Made by a program: the position numbers and the translations under genes. Of a stretch of 64,000 bases of DNA, positions 1-13,860 are shown in pieces (positions within the stretch are counted from its first letter, which is position 1; every line of letters starts with the position of its first letter). The notes beneath the pieces are model-generated. The model made no database searches and was not told where the DNA came from. It saw only the letters and a list, made by a program, of their open reading frames with translations. The stretch lies in the NCBI RefSeq assembly GCF_009914755.1, contig NC_060925.1; one strand, 5' to 3'. The DNA comes from the human T2T-CHM13v2.0 reference genome, Homo sapiens.

Positions 1-1015
1 AGACTTCGACATTTACATTAAGTCAGCCTAGCCCAACAAAACAGCTAGAAACCAAAACTTGCCTGGTGGAGTGAGGCCTGGAAATCATTTGGCACACTGC
101 TTACAGTCACTAGGGGATTCAGATTTAGATATTGGCCTTTTAAAAAAAATAAAATCTATAGTCATCTTGCAAACATCACACACATTGTATTTACTTCTGT
201 CAAAACGTTCATTTGTTAAACATAAACATTTAAAATATATCATTATTTGGTCTTTTCCTCATTTTTGTAATTTATTGAGAGCCTCAAAAAATGGAAGTAG
301 TCCAGGCCTCCCGGAGTATCTGAGAGTCTCTGCTGATGCCCAGTATAAATGAGTCTCAGGCCCAGCCTCTGTGCACCAAAAGCATCCCCACCCTCTGTGC
401 TTTTCATCTGCCCTGGTTCTTGGCTCCTTACTATGCTCTTCTATCATCTTGGTTCTGGATCTTCATTTGATCTCCTACTTCCATGCTCACCTTCTGCCCA
501 CAGACTGGACAAAGGGTCAGGCTTTCTGCTTTGGCCTCTCAGGGCCCCTTAAGTCACAGACTGAACTTATGTTTAGATCTTTTGCCCCTCCCACCCACAT
601 AGTCCCCATACCCCAGAAGTCTCTGCAGGGATTTTCCAGGCTTCTCCTCTGCCTACATCAGACATAGCTGGACACTCTTATTTCCAACTTAGTAACCAAA
701 TTTGCCCATTGCTATGGCAACAAAGACGCATGGTTATTGCAGCAATCACTTCACCTGAGAAACACGGTGGGGCCTCAGACCACCCTCCACACCAAGGCTC
801 CACCTGCCATCATCTCCATGAACCCATCTGGAGCATTTTTGCTCCTGCCCATAGGAAATTCGAGAAAACAACAACAACAATATAGTTACTGAACTCTGTG
901 GTGTAGTTTTGAGCCAGCTTGGTATCTTAGCTCTTGAAATGTGGTGAGTAGCTAGAAAGATGTTATGTTCTACTAAAGAGATACATTCATTCTCTATTGA
1001 TGTGTAACAAATTAC

Positions 1016-1498
1016 TGTTACTGAGCAAAAGGCGCTTCCTGGGCTACGCATTAGGAGTCACAGTATTGCCTATGACACTGGGTTTTGCAGAAAAAAAAGG
1101 TTTTTATTGCAAGTTCACTAACAGAGAGACAGGACTCCTGCCCAAACCCTCAAACCCGTCTTCCTGTGTGCCTTTAAGGCAGAAACTTGATTAGAAAAGG
1201 TTTAGGGGTGGATTCTGGGATTAGTAGGTGATTTGTGGAAGGAAAGGAGAAGTCTGGGAAGTCCTCAGGCATGTGCAGTTATCTCTCCATGCTACCTCAT
1301 GGGGCCCATGTGCAAATTTGGGGGGAGTTAGCATGAAACATGCTGTGGGAATTTGGGCTGTGACAGCAGCAAGCTCCTTCTCTGCAAACTCTGCTTGGCC
1401 ATATTGGTTCCAATGATTGCAGGCAGTTTTGTTATCTCACAAGCAGAGGGAATTTCCACTTTTCAGCAAGTTGTTTCTTTTCTTATCTGCCATCCTGC
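1016..1498 (-). mobile_element. ERV1-class (MER-group) LTR, family uncertain
   Basis: Begins TGTTACTGAG (reverse of an LTR ...TAACA end), with reverse polyA signal TTTATT near 1103; composition resembles MER4-group LTRs. Confidence 0.55.
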
Positions 1499-1544
1499 AG
1501 AGTTATGCTCCTTGGTACTCACCCAAGGGAGTTGAAAACTTATG

Positions 1545-1767
1545 TCTATATTGTAGTTGTATTCACAATTATCACAACTTGGAAGCCACCAAGATATTAT
1601 AGGTGAATGAATAAATAAACAGTGATACTTTCAGACAATGGACTACTATTCAGCACTCAAAAGAAATGAACAAACAAGCCATGAAAAATCATGGAGGAAA
1701 TTTAAGTGCATGTTAGTAAGTGAAACAAAGCAATTTGTAAAGGCTACATACTCTATGATGCCAGCTA
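1545..1767 (+). mobile_element. L1M (L1MC-like) 3' fragment
   Basis: ATGGACTACTATTCAGCACTCAAAAGAAATGA...AAAGGCTACATACTCTATGAT is typical L1 ORF2-end/3'UTR. Confidence 0.7.
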
Positions 1768-2051
1768 CAGGCATATCTTGTTTTGTGTGCTGTGCTTTAC
1801 TGCACTTCACAAGTTGTTTTACAAATGGGAGGTTTCTGGCAACCCTGCATCAAGCAAGTCTATTGGCTCCATTTTTCCAACAGTATGTGCGCACTTCATG
1901 TCTTGGTGTGACATTACGGTAATTCTTGCGATGTATCAAAATTTTTCTATGATTGTATCTGTTATGATCATCTATGATCCGTGATCTTTGATGTTGCTAT
2001 TGTCATTGTTTTGGGGCACCACAAGCCGCACCCGATAAGATGGTGAATTTA
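1768..2051 (+). mobile_element. Tigger1 DNA transposon, terminal fragment
   Basis: TA target followed by CAGGCATA TIR; GGCAACCCTGCATCAAGCAAGTCTATTGG matches recalled Tigger1 consensus. Confidence 0.85.
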
Positions 2052-2052
2052 A

Positions 2053-2397
<345 letters not shown>

Positions 2398-2439
2398 TTA
2401 TGGTAGTAATTGGTGTCTTTAACTCTTTGGGATGTGGTT

Positions 2440-2935
2440 TCACTACCTCAACATTCAGAGTCTTAAAACAACAAGAATGTTATCTCGCTGTTTCTGTGGA
2501 TAGGGAATTTGGGATTGTCTTAGCTGGGTGGTTCTGGCTCAGGGTTTCCCATGATGTTGCAGTCAGGATGTCAGCTGGGGCTGCAGTCATCTGAAAACTG
2601 AACTGGAATTGGGATCTGCTTCCAGGATGGCTCGCCCCTATGGCTGGCAAGTTAGTCAGTTGGTGCTGGCTGCTGGTGGGAGGCCTTGAATCTTCACCAT
2701 GTGAACCTCTCCAGGGGACGCTAAAGTATTCTCACAACACACTGGCTGGCTTCCCCAGGTGAGCGATCCCAAAGAGAACAAGGCGGACAGTGCAATGCCC
2801 CAGAAGTCACACTGTCATGACTGCAGCATGTTACTGCTGACGCAGGTCAGCCTAGTCACTGTGGGAGGAGACTACGCAGCAGAGTGGACGTGAGGCGGGG
2901 TATCACTGCGGATCATGCTGGAGTCTTGTTACCAC
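2440..2935 (-). mobile_element. MaLR LTR, MLT1G/H-like
   Basis: CTTAAAACAACAA...GCTGGGGCTGCAGTCATCTGAA...CCAGAAGTCACAC motifs of MLT1 antisense. Confidence 0.8.
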
Positions 2936-3088
2936 GAAGGGAGTGGTATAGAGAAAGGTTGCAGCCCAGAGACGCATTTTAAGGTTTTCCAAATGAAACA
3001 CAGGATATGAAGTTTGGTAACCTGTGACTATACCGTGGCAAAAAGTCCAGCACTCCCCCACACTCACAGCCTCTGAGAATGCTCTAAG

Positions 3089-3310
3089 CCATAGTTTTCC
3101 AACTGTGTTGGGCAAACTGGCAGCCCATGAATGAGTTAAAGGTGCTCTGAGATATTGCTCTCCTCAGCCCTTAGAGCACTTGAGCAGGGCCTGAGGTAGA
3201 TGGGACAAGTGAGTAGATATTATAATTTTTTTATGTGTCCTGTGACCGTACGCAAGCTATATATGTGTACTCGATATAAAATATCTACTCTTGATTGTTA
3301 GGAAAGTTCC
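3089..3310. mobile_element. hAT-Charlie non-autonomous element, MER112-like
   Basis: GAGATATTGCTCTCCTCAGCCCT and ATATTATAATTTTTTATGTGT resemble recalled MER112. Confidence 0.5.
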
Positions 3311-3399
3311 CTAGCCAGGGTGCTGAAAAGAGTGTTAGAACTCAGCTGTGTGGAAAGTCTCTAAGCACAAAGAAGTTGATATGTGCAATGTTTAGCACA

Positions 3400-4190
3400 T
3401 ATCTGTGAAGTCAGTATATTAATAATGCTGTTCAAATCTTTTATAACTTAGCGGTCTTTTGTCTTCCTATGTTATATGGTACCTGCGGATGTGCACTTTA
3501 ATCACCTGCTATAATTGTAGACTTATCACTTCTTATTTTAGTTGTCAATTTTTAAATTGTATTTTGAGGCTATGTTACTTGGTGCTTATAAATTAAAAAT
3601 GATTGCATCTTAATGGTAAATGGAAATTTTACCCCTATGAAATGGACCTCTTCATCAGGAGGAATGTTCTTTGACTTTAAGTTTGGCATCACTAACTCTT
3701 TTTTAGTGTTTATGTTGTTCATGCTTTTCTCTATTTTTACATTCAGCCTTCCTGAATATATCTGTATAAAACTGCCTCGTAAACAGCATATTGCTATATT
3801 TTATCATGCTATGCTTTGTTTTTAAATACTGTCTGAAAATAATAGTGTTTTAACTCAACATTCTGTTTACATATAATTACAAATTCATTTATTTTGCCAT
3901 TCTATTTCATATTTTTAATTTGTTCCATCTGTTCAGTGGTTCAGTGTTTCTTTAACTGTTCTTTCTTGCCTTTTTTGGTTTGCATAAAATGTTTTATTAT
4001 GCGATTTTTACTTTCACTGGTCTGGAAGTTTCACACCATTTCTATTATTTGAGTGCTTACCCTAGAAATTACAGTATGCTTAATTAATCCAAATTCAAAA
4101 TTAATCCAGATCTTTACTCTTCTCCAAGACAATGCAAGTACATAAGAACACGTACATTCTTTTTACCACCCTCTCAACTTACATGTTATT
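3400..4190 (-). mobile_element. Ancient L1M fragment
   Basis: TATTTTGAGGCTATGTTACTTGGTGC...TATGAAATG matches antisense L1 ORF2 5' region; T-rich. Confidence 0.65.
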
Positions 4191-7100
4191 TATATCTGAT
4201 ATCCTTGATATATCTTGTCTTTGTTGTTGTCTTTTAACCTCATTAGACAGTATTATTACTGGTTTATGCAACTTGCAAGAGGGCAGAGGTCTGAAGTCAC
4301 ACAACCTCTTAGAAAGTTTCCAACTTTTTTTCTTTTTCTTCTGCTTTGCTCAGCCCCAACGCAGCCTCATCCAGAGTCCTCTGGCCTTGGTAGTACAGAT
4401 GGGGATTGCTTTAGATCTGGTTTGCGCTTACCCTGAGGGGTTCCAGTCCCTCCATCTTCGGTGAGCCCTGGGCCTTGGCTTCTGCCCTTCCCTGCACAAC
4501 CCAGGAGCCAGATCCCACCTTTGCTGCTGCAGCAAATGAATTCAGGGCATATGCAGCTTTGGTGCTCCAATAGTCTGCTCATCTCTCAGCTATAGCCCTC
4601 CATCCAAAAATCAATTAGCCTGGGGGTTGTTGTCTTTTAAACTCTTCAAATTAATACGTACTTTAAGATGCTGATGTTTGTTTGTGATATAAACTTACAT
4701 ACAATTGCTTTTAGAAGATGGATTAATCCAAATCGTTCACCATTATTGAATCCTAAACCTCAATAAATATTACATTTAACTTCAAAATTCTCAGTTGGAC
4801 TTAAAGGGCACCTGAATCTGAGGGTGAGAACCTTTGCTGTAAATCTACTCTAAAGACCCTGGGGTTGATGGTCTTTAGTTTCAGGACCCAGGACAAAGCA
4901 ATAAGGACTGCCTAGATTTCTCTTGATAATAAAAATAGTAATTTAATAATAATAATTAACATATTAAGCATGTACATATACCAAAGAATGGCATGTCTTT
5001 TATATGTATTAATTTATCTTTCATTATTTAGAGCAATGCCTATCATATTATATTTAATAAATATTAGTTATTATAGTCGTTTTTACACTCACTTCTCAGT
5101 TGAAAATATTTTCACTTCTCCTTCTGCCCTCCAGTGGCATATAGCTGCTGTCTGAGGTCCTATTCCTCCAGAGCTTGCTAGAGTTCTCTATTAGGTTACT
5201 TCTGTCAATAAAATATGCTACAATAAAACACGCTACCTACAGGGTTGGTGCTTAATATGCTACCTCTCAAATTAGAAGTCTTATTTTCACAGGGTCTTTG
5301 ACATCTTCATGTCTAAAGTGTGATTGGTGGGACTGTGCACCAAGTGTCATTAGCCCACAGGACGTCTCACCCTTTTTGATGCCTTCCCAAAGAGGGAACA
5401 CTCCTGCCCTTGCTGTCAGTCTTCTCTCTTCTCCCTTGGTGGACCAAATCTAATGCATCATTGGATTAGAATGCAGAGTGTCTCACTTCCATTTCTAGCA
5501 TAAATGCTTGCTGGCGTCTTAAAATTTAATTTTAACAGGTACAAGCAAGAGCATTAAGAAACATATCCTTGACTTCGATTCTGTTTGTTTAAGCTAAATC
5601 TCAATGTCACTTTAACAGACTTGGACTCTAAATAGTTTAAGTTCTGGTGCCAAGAACCAATTATCTACAGCGAGCAAAAAGCAAATGATTTTATGCAGAA
5701 TGAATCACGCAGAGAGCTTCTGAATCTCAGCAGGCAAATTGGCTCAGAGAAGATGTAATACTGTTGCTTGATTAGAGATGAAGCCACCAACTTAAGGTGG
5801 CTGTTTTTAGGGACAGGGATATAAACCAAATACTACTTCTGTGAAATTTTTCTAAATTTCATCTTGATGCAGGACTACTATGTACCTCACTGCATTGTCT
5901 GAGACTAAAGACTAAAAATTATATTCATAAACAAACAGTAGATATTTCTTCTGAATTTATAACTCCAGCAGTCCAGTAAGTTAGGGGCCTTCCCTGTTCC
6001 TTTGTTTTCATTAACTTCTGGATTATGTATGATAAAATTCTACATAATGTGGTTTTTAAACTTATAATCATAAAGTTGTTTAGAAGCTGATGAAATCTAT
6101 AATCTATCTCTTAGGAAATTCTTTCTCATAACATTGCATAAATTTACACATTCATGCACAAGTTTTCATAAGGCTCTTAGGAGATTCCCAGCTTTCGGTG
6201 AAGCTCAGTTGGATATAAAAGGTACCTCAATATAAGGGTAAGAACTTTCACCATAAATCTACTCTAGAGACCCTAAGATGGTTTGTCTGTAGTTCCAGGA
6301 TCTAGGATAGTTAAGCGATAGGTTTCAAACAATAGGTATTTAACTGAGATAAGTATTTTAAACCATTGATGATAATCACTGAATTAAGCCAACCACATCG
6401 GAAGTTGATGTAGCCAAGGGGTTCTCCACTTCATCTATTCCATGATACATCAGAGGACTTGGCAGAACGCACTGCAGTGCATCTTCCTCTTCACCCTGTT
6501 CAACCCTCAAGCAGACCAGCCGCTTCTTGTTACATATGTGCTGGCTTCTCTCACTTTGCTTTTCTTGGTTGTTGTATTATGCTTACCTTATCCTGGCTCT
6601 CTAGTTGAAATCTAGCTGAGAAAACCAGCCAACTATGATGTGACACTTTCAGAGCCTATTTAAATGGCAAACTGGGGATATGTCGGGATAGGAAACACTG
6701 GTCTCAGCATATTCCTTAAGCATGCTCAAGATTACCATTCACAGCTAAGTATGATAGCATCTAGACTTAATCAATACATATTTATTATCATATAATACAT
6801 ATTTGTATTATATCTGTATACAAATACATATTTGTATTTGTAAATATGTATCATACAATACATATTTAATTACCTTGGTCAATTTGTTAGCTCTGTATTT
6901 GCTTATCTTTCCATTGCTTCAGTCTTATCAATAAACAATTCAAATCACTGATTTTCTGCAAAGAATTATTTCTGATTCCTGAAACCTGTGTCATGTGGCT
7001 CAGGTTGTCTACTCAAGAAAAGAACTTTAATTTCACATAGGAAATATTACTCTCTGTGTTTCTGTCCTTTCGTATGGCTCTTAAACATGGATACATCCAG

Positions 7101-7857
7101 TTTCCATGCAGAGCTCTACAACCCGGAGGTGCTGCTGGTTGTGATTCTACCATAGCATTATGGATTGTTTTCTACTAAAGTTTTGCTCAGAAACAAAAGG
7201 TCTACACTGGAATTCTCCACATTAACATGTCTGCTCTGGTTGCAGGTAAGTCTTGTCTTCTATATAGAAGAGCCTCATAGGGTTTGCTGACACAACACCT
7301 AAGACTTGCTTTCAGGTTATCTAACTGAACATGAACCTCTTGTAACCTAGATCAAACATATTCACACTGAGAACAAAAGGCACTTTTTTCTCTATTTCTC
7401 TTTAAGTTGATTTAGCAAAAGATTGGACAGGCTAACAGGCCTTTGTTATTATGTTAAAGCCGCAACATTCCATTATCCAGGAGACATTTGTTCATATAAG
7501 TGAAATGCCCCATGCTCCACCACTGTCAGTGTTTCCAAAGGAGGTTGTTGACCAGGATTCAGAAGAGTGATGAAAATAATTGAAAAATGCTGTCCGTCTA
7601 ATAAGTCGGCCTGCAAAACTGTCTGAAGAAGGGAAACTCTAAATACACAAATGGAAACCTAGAAAGCAAGGCAGACACCAAATCATCTTTAATTATCTGT
7701 AGCTTTCATGTGGCCCTAATGGAGCAAATCTTATTTTCTCAGGTTGCTAATATTTAATGATTTGAGGTTTCCGTAATGTGGCCCTGGCTGAAGGACCTAA
7801 ACTAGTATCTAGTTAAATTGAGTTTTCTCCAGTCATGAAGATAAATGCCTTAATCAA

Positions 7858-8060
7858 ATGCATGCTTTGAAGTTAAATAGATCTGGGTTTAATTTCGAGT
7901 CTGTCCTTTGTAAGCTACGTGGCATAGGGCAAATCACTTAACACTTGAGCCTCAATTTCCTCATCTGTGAAAATTCACACTTCTGTGAAGACTATGTGAG
8001 ATAACACATACAGGGCCCAAGGCACGACCTCTGGCATGTGTAGTATTCAGTAATGGGTAT
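7858..8060 (+). mobile_element. MIR
   Basis: GGGCAAATCACTTAAC...GCCTCAATTTCCTCATCTGTGAAA core. Confidence 0.8.
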
Positions 8061-8826
8061 CGCCATGGAAGGATTTGAATCTTTTGGCCAAATTGTAGAT
8101 GAGATCAGCAAATGGGTCTGGGTTGGGAAAATCCTTTAGTTTGGCACTCAGAGATTATGAGAACTCTTCTAATGCCTGAGTACATGCTATTTGAACCCAA
8201 GAAAGACTAAAACTTAGTGCAAGTTAATCTGCATTTACATCTGAGACATAAATAATGGAACAGGGAAAAATTATTCACTACAGGACAGTAAGTCTTCACT
8301 CTGTCATTTTTTTCCACTTGGGCCACTTGGTGATGAGTAAAGAAACAGAATTTCTTGACTCTCCCCAATACCTCAGGGAGAGTTTTAGCAGAAAGTAAAT
8401 TGAACCCAAAGGAATGATTATTCTCATTGCCAATTAATATCTTCTGAGCACCCTGTGGTTTGATTTACACATAAAAAGTGAACTGGAGTCATCATTAAGA
8501 GAACTCTAATCAAAGAATTTTTTTAGCTCAATAAGATAGTATTTTTGTGCTTGTGATTAATCTAATGTTGAAAGATAAAATGTGAGAGACTCTCACACAG
8601 TTCCCCTAATTTAATCCATTTCTTTGTAACACTATTTTAGTTACTTACAAAATCCTGGCTTGATTCTATAAAAGCTTTAAAGATTCATTAATAAATGTTT
8701 ACATAGTTACACACACACACAGGCTGATGCTATGATAGGAAAGAACAATTAGCAAGCTTATGATTTAGGGTCCTGTTTACCCAGGTGACATTGAGGCAAA
8801 TCACTTTGTTTTTTTACTAAAAGTAA

Positions 8827-9188
<362 letters not shown>

Positions 9189-9287
9189 AAATTGACACTT
9201 TAGATATTGACATTGGCAACTGAAGCAATGAATGTGCTTGTTTGTGGGATAAAACACATTCTTGATGGTAGAAATGTGCCATCTTTT

Positions 9288-9417
9288 TTTAAAGGCACAT
9301 ACAAATTAAAAATAAGAGGCTTATTTCTCTTTGTTGAAAATAAGAAAAGAGATTCCCTTCCCCTCCTTTTTTTAAAGAGCTTTTGCCTTAGAAAACTTGT
9401 ATTTTCTCCTCTCTTTG

Positions 9418-9466
<49 letters not shown>

Positions 9467-10021
9467 CTCTTTTTGAAGACTACCTAGGCCTTTGTCAGCT
9501 TTATGACTCAGGAATGTCTTTCTCAAGGACCTGGAAGCCATCTCTTTAGAACATCATTGGAACTAGCACCCCCATCTTCCCCTTTCTGTGAAGGAATAGG
9601 AGATTAACCTTTCTGAGCTCTTTGCAGCTTGCTGCAGTTTTTAAAACTATCTTCTGTCATAAAGATATGAGAAGTTTGCTTTTTCCTTCGGATAAAGCCA
9701 ATTATCTAACACAGATAGTCACCCCAACTACCAGGTAAATTTAGGATGAACTATGTGTGACAAATGATGCTGTCGGTAACTTAAGGAATAGTCATTGTTT
9801 CCCTTGAAAATATGTATGCCATGGGTTATCTCTGTTTGGCTATATGAAAGGGTGAGATTTATTTCTGTTATTGTGGATCTCTTAGTGGATTGTCTGTGAT
9901 GAGTATAACATTCTAGCTTAATGCTTGCCCAATCATAAGAGTATTTTCTTTCCCCACCACTTCTGTGGGGAGAATTTCTGGGTTGGGAGAAAATATTAGT
10001 TTCAACTCTATTTCTGCAACA
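9288..10021 (+). mobile_element. ERV1-class solo LTR (MER92/MER90-like, family uncertain)
   Basis: AAATTAAAAATAAGAGGC...CTCAAGGACCTGGAAGCCATCTCTTT...GGCTATATGAAAGGGTGAGA...CAACA matches a recalled MER-group LTR; carries a (TG)n expansion. Confidence 0.7.
9421..9462 (+). repeat. (TG)21 microsatellite
   Basis: Directly visible. Confidence 0.98.
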
Positions 10022-10136
10022 ATTTAACACATGTTTGTTAGGTGCCTACTATTCTTGGGTACTCTTTTAGACATGGGGGATTGGTCAGTAAACAAAATAG
10101 ACAAAATCCTGCCATTATGAAACTTACATTCTAGTG
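10022..10136 (-). mobile_element. L2 3' fragment
   Basis: GTGCCTACTA...AACAAAATAGACAAAATCCTGCC...CTTACATTCTAGTG. Confidence 0.75.
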
Positions 10137-10409
10137 ATATGTTTCCCACAAATTGGCTATTTTTTATTAATGTTATTTCCTAGCATATCTATCAGAAGAT
10201 GTGAGTTTGCTTTTAGCTTTCATTATCTAAATAATTGAAATCTATCACCTGTTCTCATGTTTTTGATAACATGAGCTAAACTGTCAAGGAACTTGAATAC
10301 AATGCTTATCTAAATGAACACTGCCACTTTATATTGGGGGTTAGAGTAATAGCTTTATGTGGTTTCTAGTGACCTGGAATGATGAAAATTGAATAGTTCA
10401 AAATTCTCA

Positions 10410-10831
<422 letters not shown>

Positions 10832-11032
10832 CTAGGGCACACTCTGAAGATGCCCCAAATTTGAAAGCAATGAAGAAAAAAACTTTGTGAAATTTGAAGT
10901 AATTTAAGGCCACATACAGAAAAGGTACCAAAAGAGCAACATTATTTATAAGAACTCACCTTATAAATCAATTTTTAAAAATATATTCTGTGACATTAAA
11001 ACAAAAGATTCCTAAAAACAGCAGTAATTTAG

Positions 11033-11439
<407 letters not shown>

Positions 11440-11959
11440 AGAAATTTCTTATCTTGTGCAATGTGGAAATGTGAAACATCATTGAACATTTCTTGACATT
11501 TTTCTTCTAAAGCGTTCTCAAGTTCTTTGAAAGTGTTTTCACGTTTATCCCATAAATGTTTGCATGAACTTAATATGAAAAATAGAAAATAAATCTTAAG
11601 AGTTGTACAATGGAAGACCATTTCATGAATTCTGCTCTAAATTCTAATTTTGAGAATGAATTTCTGCTACCTTTAGAAGATTCTCTTGAAATCTTTCTTG
11701 AATCTCTGCCAATATACTGGCCCATATTATAGATTTACATTTTTACGTGAAATGTATCAGCATATAAATTTACCTATCTTTTCCACTTACTTTCTGAAAA
11801 ATGAAGATGAAGGTCAAATTTTACTTGATTTACTCCCACATCAAATGAGAATGAGTTTAACATCCCAAGAAAATCAGGATGATAACCTCTTTGGAAGGTC
11901 AGACAGTATGAAACGGTTGTCAGTAAACGGCAATTATAATGAGTAATAATGATAAGCAT

Positions 11960-12130
11960 TTCACATTTAGCATTGTTTTCCACCCATAGCATTACTATGA
12001 AGTAGATATTATTACTATTATTTTCTTCTATAGACAGAAAAACAAGTTATCCAAGGTGGTCTAGCTAGTAGGTATGGACAGAAATGGGAGCTGAATCTAA
12101 GCAACCTGTCTCCAAAACCTGTACTCACTG
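11960..12130 (-). mobile_element. MIR fragment
   Basis: CTATGAAGTAGATATTATTA...TATAGACAGAAAAAC...CCAAGG...AGCTAGTAGG. Confidence 0.55.
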
Positions 12131-13098
12131 TAGAACGTATGTGTGTATGTGCACTTACCTTATTCCAACTGAATCTTCTTTAAAGCAAGCAGAAAACAAT
12201 CATAGAGTTGAGGAACCATACTTACCATTAGCTATAAAAACAACATGAACCATGGGGCAAAAGGAAAGTCATAAATAATGCTAGTGAGGTTATAAGAAAT
12301 GGATGAATGTACGGACAGCATAAATAAGTCATAAAAGGGTCTACAGGGCTTTTGATATCCTCACAGTCACTACGGAATAAGATTATTGGAAATTATTGGA
12401 ACTAAGAAGTACTCTGTAGGCTTGACTTCCTCTATGTTTAAGCCCAACCTCCAACACGGACTGGTGCTTGGTCTTTCAGGAAAATCCCACAGAGCTGTTT
12501 TATCCTGGATACAATGTGAGCAGTTCTTCCTCCTCCTCCTATAAAGATTCTCTTAATGTTGTTGACACATGCTGGAGAGACCCTGGGGGCTGTCTTGTTC
12601 GGTTCTTCAGTCTGTTTCCTTTTAAGGCACCACGGAATGTGTTATAGATACAATGTCAAATTAAGACTTCCTTTGCTTTATTACCTCAAAGAGTGAATTA
12701 TCAGCTGTTTTGCACTCATCAAATATTAGAAGTTATCAGAGTTTCTACATTCATGCACATTCTGAACCTAAACAAAAACTTCCTTATCACCATATTAAAG
12801 CTTTGCTTAATTTATCACAGTCCTGGTTCCCACATTCATCTGTTTCCATGAGCACCTCCCACCCTTTGTTTTAAGCATCTGTGCTCAGAAGCTTAGAATT
12901 AAATTGAATTAGCCTGACACAGTAGACCTTATGGTAATCCATTGCCAGAGTGAATTTTTTGTACAGTTGTAGCCAAAAAGACTCCTGTTAAAAGTCATCT
13001 CTGTGACTTTACTTTTCTCTAAACTTGAAAAGGTTTATTTGTTTATCATATCCTATATACTACATACCTAGGATCTAAACATCAAAACTTAGTCAACA

Positions 13099-13425
13099 AT
13101 TTTTTGAGACAGAGTCTCTCTCAAGCGACCCAGGCTGGAGTGCAAAGACGTGATCACAGCTCACTGCAGCCTCCGCCCCCAACTTCACCTCAGCCTCCTG
13201 AGTAGCTGGGACCACAGGCATGCGCCACCATACTGAGCTAACGTTTTTATTCTTTTAAGAGCAGGAGTGAATCTTTATTAAAAAGCTTTAGAACAGTAAG
13301 GAAAGGAAGGAAAGGAAAGAAAAGAAGGAAAGTACAACTTGGAAGAGAGCCAAGCAGATGACCTGCGAAACCAAGTGCACCTGGGGTAACTTTTTAAAAA
13401 TAATTTTGGCAGAGACAGGGTCTCA
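13099..13425 (-). mobile_element. AluJ-like, interrupted at its linker and 5'-truncated
   Basis: Right arm 13099-13243; resumes as ...GCAGAGACAGGGTCTCA after a foreign insert. Confidence 0.8.
13244..13380 (-). mobile_element. MER50-like LTR fragment with A-rich tail
   Basis: Minus strand reads ...CTAAAGCTTTTTAATAAAGATTCACTCCTGCTCTT then AAAAGAATAAAAA. Confidence 0.7.
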
Positions 13426-13618
13426 GTTGAGTCAAATTTTTAACATTGAGGAATCTCTCTGGATTTCTCAGTTCAATTGTTTTCCTTTAATGTTAATGTT
13501 TAGATCCAGAAGTCATCTAAGACTATTCTATCTCACCAGTGGGCTGCACATTTCTTGGGTAGTATGGTAGTGGTCATGGGAGTGGGCTACACAAGATTTT
13601 TTTTTTAAATAGGTAGTG

Positions 13619-13860
13619 GGCCAGGTGCAGTGGCTCACACCTGTAATCCCAGCACTTTGGGAGGCTGAGGTGGGTGAATCACCTGAGGTCAGGTGTTTGA
13701 GACTAGCCTGGCCAACATGGTGAAACCCCGTCTCTACTAAAAATACAAAAAATTAGCCAGGCGTGGTGGAGGTTGCAGTGAGCCAAGATCATGCCATTGC
13801 ACTCCAACCTGGGTGACAGAGTGAGATTCTGTCTCCCAAAAAAAAAAAAAAAAAAAAAAA
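13619..13860 (+). mobile_element. AluSx-like with internal right-arm deletion
   Basis: GCGTGGTGG joined directly to AGGTTGCAGTGAGCC; long A-tail; TSD-like GGTAGTG. Confidence 0.95.

Noticed and set aside
5782-5802. AGCCACC...GGTGGCT hairpin followed by a T-run (terminator-like)
   Set aside because: A 7-bp stem is expected by chance, and intrinsic terminators are irrelevant in this genome
6773-6870. AATACATATTT repeats with partial symmetry
   Set aside because: Ordinary low-complexity AT tract; palindrome short and imperfect
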